Part shown: in pieces, positions 58,651 through 64,000 of the stretch
How positions within the stretch are numbered: position 1 is the stretch's first letter
Layout of the letters: each line of letters starts with the position of its first letter
Assembly (NCBI GenBank): GCA_041648915.1
Contig: JBAZOC010000001.1
Location: forward strand, 10,801 to 74,800
Reading direction: 5' to 3'
Length of the DNA stretch: 64,000 nucleotides
Source of the DNA: Candidatus Omnitrophota bacterium
GTDB taxonomy: Bacteria; Omnitrophota; Gorgyraeia; Gygaellales; Profunditerraquicolaceae
The notes under the pieces: generated by a model
Told to the model about the DNA's origin: nothing
Databases searched by the model: none
What the model saw: only the letters and a program-made list of their open reading frames with translations
Made by a program: the position numbers and the translations under genes

Positions 58651-58680
58651 GCCGGGTTATCTTAGTTTAGATAGCCCGGC
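58651..58680 (+). other. 12-bp hairpin in the leader of the 110-aa ORF
   Basis: GCCGGGTTATCT (58651-58662) pairs with AGATAGCCCGGC (58669-58680): 11 Watson-Crick pairs plus 1 G-U, with loop TAGTTT. No T-run follows. A second small stem, TCCCC (58624-58628) with GGGGA (58643-58647), lies just upstream. Confidence 0.6.
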
Positions 58681-58703
58681 GTAGATTCAAGGGGGTTGAA
58701 AAG

Positions 58704-59036
58704 ATGCGCGATCTATTGTTCAAAAATTTGACTTCTAATGACCGCAGGAGGAAAATAATTACCAGCTCTGAAGTTGTAGACAAACAGGGCGTCTGCAGCA
58801 CTATCCACCGGCATTTTATCTGTATGGTTAAAGAGATAGGGCCGGGGAATAATATTGCCAAGCCTGCGCCGTATCTTTATGTGCTTAAAAATCATAATAC
58901 CAGAGAACAAAGGGAAAAGTTTTTTTGTAAAATAAAGGGGAGTATTTGCGCGGTAAATAAAGGCAGATTATTTTTAATTGTCTTTATGCATTCTCTCAGG
59001 ATAGACCTCGTAGCTAAGCCGCAACAGGTATGCTGA
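58704..59036 (+). CDS. hypothetical small basic protein (110 aa, 5 Cys), no family recognised
   Basis: The ORF has a GGGGG RBS 8 nt upstream and its own promoter candidate. It occupies an otherwise non-coding 677-nt gap. I could not place the sequence MRDLLFKNLTSNDRRRKIITSSE... in any family. Confidence 0.45.
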   Translation: MRDLLFKNLTSNDRRRKIITSSEVVDKQGVCSTIHRHFICMVKEIGPGNNIAKPAPYLYVLKNHNTREQREKFFCKIKGSICAVNKGRLFLIVFMHSLRIDLVAKPQQVC

Positions 59037-59101
59037 TCGCAATCCCATTGTTTCTAACAGGTTACGACAATTTCTAGCTGCACTTAGCTAAAAAAATTTC
59101 G

Positions 59102-59129
59102 TTGACAAGGCGAAGAACTCATATATAAT
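59102..59129 (+). promoter_or_regulatory. consensus sigma70 promoter (TTGACA-16 nt-TATAAT)
   Basis: TTGACA at 59102-59107 and TATAAT at 59124-59129. The predicted TSS is only a few nt before the ATG at 59140, and no Shine-Dalgarno sequence is present. Confidence 0.55.
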
Positions 59130-59145
59130 AAAAATATATATGAGT
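59117..59145 (+). promoter_or_regulatory. perfect 11-bp inverted repeat spanning the -10 box and the start codon
   Basis: ACTCATATATA (59117-59127), a 7-nt spacer, then TATATATGAGT (59135-59145). The right arm contains the ATG at 59140. Confidence 0.6.
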
Positions 59146-61917
59146 AAAAAAATCCCTGTTTTAACCTTTCTGTTTTTCTTCCTTTTGCTGATTTTTCTTC
59201 TCCATGCTTCTTTGGCCTCTGGCGGGGGAGCTGAATATTTATGCGAGCTGGGGGTTAATTTCTATGGCCTGGGGAAATATGATAAGGCTTTAAGTGAATT
59301 TAACAAGGCTTTGATAGTTGACCCCGGGAACGAGGTTGCCAAGCAATACATCGCTGAAATTTTTAAACAAAATTTAGAGCCGCCGACGCCCGCCCCCCAG
59401 GCAAGAGCCCCGCAAGGCCCAGCGTCTGATTCCAGAGCCTTCAGTAAGGACGAGGTAATGGACCAAGCTATGGATAGACTCAAGCTGGAAAACTTACAGA
59501 GCGATGATGTGGCTAATTATAACTTTTCCGGCGCCCAGCCTTTTAAAAAAGATGAAAAACAAGGCTTGAAAGCCGGGCCGTTTAGGATTAGCGGAGAGAG
59601 CCGGATTGGTTTTGGCGTTACTGCGGATGATTTTATCTGGAAAAGGGCTAATTTCAATTTAAATGAACGCTCCCAAAGTTGGCGTATGAATTCCACTGCC
59701 GCGTTTAACCATAAATTCAATACTTATGATCCGGCAATCTATGATTCATTAAGTCTGAATGTTGACACCGACAACGAAGAAGGGTTTAATTTCCATACGA
59801 ACCTGACAGTTGACCCGTGGAGCTTTACAGGTAAGAGCAATAAGATTACGCTTACAGACGGTAGCGGTGACACTGCCGATATGCAGTTGTATTATTGGTC
59901 AAATACCGGTTATACGGTCGATAGTAACGTCTACACATCTAATGGCGATACCATCAGCCTTCCGGAAATGAAGGTCTATAATGGCGTAACTAAATCTACC
60001 AGCATTACCTCTAACCGTTATGGAGATACCTACACAATCCCTTCCTTAAAGATTGAACGCCAATTCCAGCCGTTACGCGAGATATGGCTGGACTATACTA
60101 ATGACCAGATGAAAATCCGGGCATTTCCTATGGGCTATCAGGACCAGGCTTATACTTCGGATGACCCCTTACATATTACTAATCACGGGATCTGGTGGAA
60201 AGACAGCAAATGGCTGCGTAAATATACCGCCGGGACTTATAACTCAACCGATACCACTCCCAGCTATACCCGGGGCCGCTGGGACGATTCGCTCTCCTTC
60301 TTGTCAAAAGATTCTACCGGCAAGTATCTGACGGCATTAAGAGGGTTCGCTTTCAATTTTCAACCCGATACCGTTACTTCTTTTGATGCCACTGTTGCTA
60401 CGCCTAAACATCTTTGGCAGGAATACGGTGAAGTGGATAATATTATAGCCGTGGCCAGGGCGAAACACTATTTTACGGATAACTTTATGGTCGGAGGCAC
60501 TTTTAGCAGCCGTACGGGTTTTGTCAGCGGTACCAAGCAAACGATCGACAGCCAGAATTTTGTGGGAGGTGTGGACTTGGGATATGAATTAGTGGATGGC
60601 TTAAAGGCCCAGGCCGAAGTTTTAATTTCTAATTCTAAATACGATATGAATAATTCTACTTATAAGACAGATAGCCGCGGTAACGCCTATTTTTTCTCAC
60701 TTGTCGGCCGCTATCCGCAGAAAAGCATTATGGATTTAAGTAACGGTTATGACAGTATAACTATGGATAAGGATGAAAGTTTTTTCTTAAAGACTAAACT
60801 CTATGGCGCCCATATGGATAAGGGCTTTGATTCGGCGCTTTCGGACTTTCATAATACCCGCCAGGATGTTTTTTGGTCAAGGCATATACATTTCCGCAAG
60901 GTCTTGGATTATTATGCTGCGGGCATGGAAAAATTCGGCAGCAATTGGGGCGAACTTAATGCTACCCGTATCGGAGACGGTATTGATGTCGGCAGGAATA
61001 CCTTAGGTTTTCGCATTGAAAGCATTTGGGATGAAAAGTTCGCCAACCTCCTGGATGTGCGTAACGTGCATAATACCAACGGCAAATTCGTTGAGAATGT
61101 AGTCCGTGATGAAGCTACCGTAAAAGTTACCGATAAGCTTACGGCTAAAGGCTTAGGCCTATACCAAAAGATGCATAAGACGGTCGGCGGGGTGGATCCG
61201 TTTGTATACGACGGGAACACCGGAGAGTATTATTTGAATGATGCCGTGAAAGACGGAGAAGACCCTTCGATCAAGACCGGCTCAATCGGTTTAAATTACG
61301 ATTTCTTCGATTGGTTAAGCTTGAACGGCGTGTATGAACGCACTAATGATTATACGATAGCCTATGATAATTTTCCGCAAAGCGTCCTGCTAAACAACAC
61401 TACGTTATACGGGACCTATTATAAGAACGGGGAACTTTACCGTTATATATTGCCTTTTCTTTATGATCAGGGTATTTTTCCTCAAGCCCCGTACGAATTC
61501 TATAATGTCTTCAAGTGCGGGTTAAGGATAGCGCCTACGGAAAAATTTGAAATATACGTTGATTATGCGTATAACGAATTTAAAGCCGCGTCATTAAATT
61601 CCGAAGGAATGAACCATGTGGGCCTCGAACTTGCTTATATGCCGACAAAGAAATTTGGCATGGTCTTTAAATATATTTACTCGCGTTCTCAGAATATTGA
61701 CCGTATGCTGGACGGGAACGACAAGATGTATAGCCACCATAATTTTTCCAATGAATTCAGGTATATGCCGTCAGAAAATGACGAGTTCATTATGCAGTAT
61801 GGCGTGGGAGATGCCTATTCTATCAGCAACCTTTCTTCGAATGACCCCTATGGCGGAACTACCCTTACCCTGGATACGCAGCATATCATCCGCGCTTATT
61901 ACCGCCACAAGTTCTAA
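59140..61917 (+). CDS. large outer-membrane beta-barrel protein with N-terminal TPR-like motif and Pro-rich linker
   Basis: 925 aa. Signal peptide ends ASLA-SG. A TPR-like segment reads GKYDKALSEFNKALIVDPGNEVAKQYI. The linker is PPTPAPQARAPQGP. Then comes about 800 aa rich in Tyr, Asn, Asp, Gly and Thr with an alternating pattern. The C-terminus YYRHKF ends in an aromatic residue, the OMP beta-signal. Confidence 0.6.
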   Translation: MSKKIPVLTFLFFFLLLIFLLHASLASGGGAEYLCELGVNFYGLGKYDKALSEFNKALIVDPGNEVAKQYIAEIFKQNLEPPTPAPQARAPQGPASDSRAFSKDEVMDQAMDRLKLENLQSDDVANYNFSGAQPFKKDEKQGLKAGPFRISGESRIGFGVTADDFIWKRANFNLNERSQSWRMNSTAAFNHKFNTYDPAIYDSLSLNVDTDNEEGFNFHTNLTVDPWSFTGKSNKITLTDGSGDTADMQLYYWSNTGYTVDSNVYTSNGDTISLPEMKVYNGVTKSTSITSNRYGDTYTIPSLKIERQFQPLREIWLDYTNDQMKIRAFPMGYQDQAYTSDDPLHITNHGIWWKDSKWLRKYTAGTYNSTDTTPSYTRGRWDDSLSFLSKDSTGKYLTALRGFAFNFQPDTVTSFDATVATPKHLWQEYGEVDNIIAVARAKHYFTDNFMVGGTFSSRTGFVSGTKQTIDSQNFVGGVDLGYELVDGLKAQAEVLISNSKYDMNNSTYKTDSRGNAYFFSLVGRYPQKSIMDLSNGYDSITMDKDESFFLKTKLYGAHMDKGFDSALSDFHNTRQDVFWSRHIHFRKVLDYYAAGMEKFGSNWGELNATRIGDGIDVGRNTLGFRIESIWDEKFANLLDVRNVHNTNGKFVENVVRDEATVKVTDKLTAKGLGLYQKMHKTVGGVDPFVYDGNTGEYYLNDAVKDGEDPSIKTGSIGLNYDFFDWLSLNGVYERTNDYTIAYDNFPQSVLLNNTTLYGTYYKNGELYRYILPFLYDQGIFPQAPYEFYNVFKCGLRIAPTEKFEIYVDYAYNEFKAASLNSEGMNHVGLELAYMPTKKFGMVFKYIYSRSQNIDRMLDGNDKMYSHHNFSNEFRYMPSENDEFIMQYGVGDAYSISNLSSNDPYGGTTLTLDTQHIIRAYYRHKF

Positions 61918-61918
61918 C

Positions 61919-64000
61919 TTATTCCATATAGATATCAATCATATCAAACTGGCAGGACCTTGCGCGTTGTGCGTAAGGTGAGGGGATAACGGAGGAGTGG
62001 ATTACCACAGGTTTCTCTTTATTCCTAAGGACAATTTGCATAATCTGCGCCGCATTTTTTCCAAAGGTATTCTTTCGTCCGGGATTATAATAAGTCACCC
62101 TAATCTTGCTCAAGAAATTAAAACTGTATTCGCCTTTTTTGTTGAACAGCCAACCGCTCAGCCGGGGGCTGAATTTTAACTTTAGCTCGTTATGATCTAA
62201 GAAGAAAGGGGCTAAGCCCGTATTCATCGTCAGCCATAGCTCTAAGAATTCAGCAGTTGAGCCGGAGAGCCGCGCGACAAAACCGTTTCCGTGCAGTTTA
62301 GGATCGCTAAACGCGCTGCTTACCAGGAAAGATGAATTTTCCAGAATACTTCTTCCATAAATTTTAGGTTTCTGAAAAGGTATCAGCGTATCTTTAAACT
62401 CCGCGTAAAATTCTTCATTCAGCCCGGCTTTTAAGAGTTCCAGCAGGTATTTATATTCCATATGCAGCCAGATAGATTCATTTTCCAGCCAGCCAGGAGC
62501 AAATACCCGGCACCTGCCGATTTCTTCGGACATTGCGTTTAAGGAGGCGGTGACCTTATACATCTTAAGTTTTTTGTCAAAAAGGGCGCTCTGTTTTGTC
62601 CCCTGGTGGATGAGCCTGGCCTGAGCCGGGTTGCCTGCCAGGCGCAGGGCGTGCACCTGGGTCTCTAAAAATAAAGGGAGACGGGTTTGTCTGAATTTAA
62701 GCGGTTTTATAAAATGCTCATTTAAATTTTCATAGGCAACTGCCTCGTTTATAAAATACCCGTAGTAAACCTTTTCTTTCTCATTCCAGGCTTGGGATAT
62801 CCCCAGCTCAATCTTTTCTAATAACGTATCAAGAATACCCGTTATTTGGGAAGCAGGGATTTCTGATTCTTTTCCGCTCACCCCCATTTTTGTCATACTG
62901 CGGTAGTTTTCCTTCAGGGAATGCGTTTGGTCCCACCAGGTATAATCATCCATGGTTTTATTCAGGTAAGCGCAGGTCAGGCCGCTGAGCTGGCTTAAGA
63001 AAGAGTAGATCTCCTCGCAGACGCTTAGTTTTTCCAATCCGGTTTTTTGCAGGGCCTCTTTAATAAAGAGCGCCAGGCGTTTTAATTCCAACGTCTCGCA
63101 GAGCGATGAACCAAAGAGCGCGGGCAAGCCGTTAAGCGCATCAAACCAGTTGGGTTTGTTTGCTTCCATCTCTACGCCTACGCCGAAAGGGTCAAGCGAA
63201 GCGAATTTATTGCTCAGGAGGCAGAGTAGCTTATTAGCCAGCGTTGTGCTATAAATTTCACCCTGGCCGAATTGTGTCCTGACAATATGGGGAAGCTCTT
63301 TACGTTTGCGCAGCATTTCTTTTTTGGCGTTGTCGCAGGTGACCGCGTGCAGCTGGCGGGCTTTAGCGTTATAGAGGACGCATTTTTCGTTACGCGGCCT
63401 GACCACTTCGGAATTATCAAAAAATGTAAAGTTCCGGTTAGCAAAGACTATTTCGCTTAATTTTTCCGGGTAAAGCTTCAGGTAGCTATCCAGCAGGTCA
63501 AGGTTATAATGCCAGTGGTCGCTCCAGTAGCCTTCGCCGTGTTCAGCCTCGTGGGTTTTTAGCGCCGAGGAGATGACCAGGTCCAAAAATTCATCATAGG
63601 AAATATTGAGCGGGATCTTCCTTTCTTCAATAAACAGGATGACTTCACCCGGGGTAAAGGGTTTGCTGAGGAAGGTAATTATACGCTCGAGGTTTTTCGC
63701 AGCGCAGGATGATTGCAATTTTGTTTTAAGGCCGCTGCTGTCCTTAAGGATGAAACTTGTGCCCTTGACCACAAGCGGGTTAAAGCCGTCCAACTGGATT
63801 AGATTGAAAAGACTGAGCACATTTTCATCTTTTATTTCAGGGTGAAACCATATATCGTTCCTGCGGTTCTGATTTAAATCCCGATAGTTGCCATTGCCTT
63901 GAGAAAAGTAAGTAGGTGCAAGCTGGAATTTATTATAGTCGCGTTCAAGATCGCCGTGTTTACGGGAATACAGGTAAAAGGTCTGGCCGGATTTGAAAGT
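61919..64000 (-). CDS. large (alpha/alpha)6-barrel glycoside phosphorylase/hydrolase-like protein (GH94-superfamily-like), 5' end outside window
   Basis: The reading frame stays open to position 64000. The M at 63820 in the ORF track is an internal GTG. Upstream in-frame residues read ...QGNGNYRDLNQNRRNDIWFHPE.... The motifs GNYRDxNQN, GYWSDHWHYNLDL, NWFDALNG and ENESIWLHMEY resemble cellobiose-phosphorylase-type catalytic domains, from memory. Confidence 0.5.
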   Translation of the reverse strand, partial: TFKSGQTFYLYSRKHGDLERDYNKFQLAPTYFSQGNGNYRDLNQNRRNDIWFHPEIKDENVLSLFNLIQLDGFNPLVVKGTSFILKDSSGLKTKLQSSCAAKNLERIITFLSKPFTPGEVILFIEERKIPLNISYDEFLDLVISSALKTHEAEHGEGYWSDHWHYNLDLLDSYLKLYPEKLSEIVFANRNFTFFDNSEVVRPRNEKCVLYNAKARQLHAVTCDNAKKEMLRKRKELPHIVRTQFGQGEIYSTTLANKLLCLLSNKFASLDPFGVGVEMEANKPNWFDALNGLPALFGSSLCETLELKRLALFIKEALQKTGLEKLSVCEEIYSFLSQLSGLTCAYLNKTMDDYTWWDQTHSLKENYRSMTKMGVSGKESEIPASQITGILDTLLEKIELGISQAWNEKEKVYYGYFINEAVAYENLNEHFIKPLKFRQTRLPLFLETQVHALRLAGNPAQARLIHQGTKQSALFDKKLKMYKVTASLNAMSEEIGRCRVFAPGWLENESIWLHMEYKYLLELLKAGLNEEFYAEFKDTLIPFQKPKIYGRSILENSSFLVSSAFSDPKLHGNGFVARLSGSTAEFLELWLTMNTGLAPFFLDHNELKLKFSPRLSGWLFNKKGEYSFNFLSKIRVTYYNPGRKNTFGKNAAQIMQIVLRNKEKPVVIHSSVIPSPYAQRARSCQFDMIDIYME

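Noticed and set aside
61880-61960. Possible dif/XerCD site or bidirectional terminator at the convergent junction.
   Set aside because: I found no sequence resembling the dif core (arms around a 6-bp AT-rich spacer with TTATG-type arms). I found no stable hairpin either.
1-64000. CRISPR arrays, IS elements, integrases, prophage genes, toxin-antitoxin or known defence genes.
   Set aside because: I saw no regularly spaced direct repeats. No ORF has transposase, integrase, Cas, restriction or abortive-infection motifs in any frame.

Overview
This 64-kb window looks like a compact chromosomal segment from a diderm bacterium (LptD, a beta-barrel OMP ending in Phe, signal peptidase I). The sequence alone does not allow a taxonomic call. 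It is probably an uncultivated small-genome lineage, because gene packing is very tight and many start and stop codons overlap.

Every supportable gene from 47 to 61917 lies on the + strand (about 60 CDS, 2 tRNAs, RNase P RNA). The only strand switch is at 61918, where a partial minus-strand gene runs off the window edge.

Content is mostly core housekeeping:
- def, lipA, trxB, pckG, purC
- miaB, miaA, hflX
- an HspR-like gene followed by hrcA-grpE-dnaK-dnaJ
- accD, tal, lptD and a four-gene UDP-sugar block
- a Nif3-like gene followed by dnaG-rpoD
- tRNA-Met, tRNA-Val, a COG1579-type gene, rnhA, rnpB
- yebC-ruvC-ruvA-scpB
- pheA-hisC-aroF-tyrA-cmk
- lepA-lepB-pgsA-plsY

I found no CRISPR array, transposase, integrase, phage gene or recognisable defence gene.

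The least ordinary parts are:
1. The 58.46-64 kb end. It holds an orphan 110-aa basic Cys-containing protein with its own near-consensus promoter and a hairpinned leader. Next is a 925-aa TPR-fused beta-barrel OMP whose -10 box and start codon sit inside a perfect 11-bp palindrome. A convergent GH94-superfamily-like gene follows, with stop codons 1 nt apart.
2. An 8.3-13.1 kb envelope cluster: CrtI-family flavoprotein, small anchored protein, polytopic GT-C-like membrane protein and a methyltransferase-GT2 fusion.
3. A translationally coupled NYN (YacP-like) plus MBL-fold pair.
4. A MiaB that lacks the TRAM domain.
5. A chaperone operon with two repressor genes and two candidate operators.
6. 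Three GGDEF proteins, one preceded by a structured 96-nt intergenic region.

None of these is demonstrably a new system from sequence alone. They are ranked hypotheses, each with a stated test.
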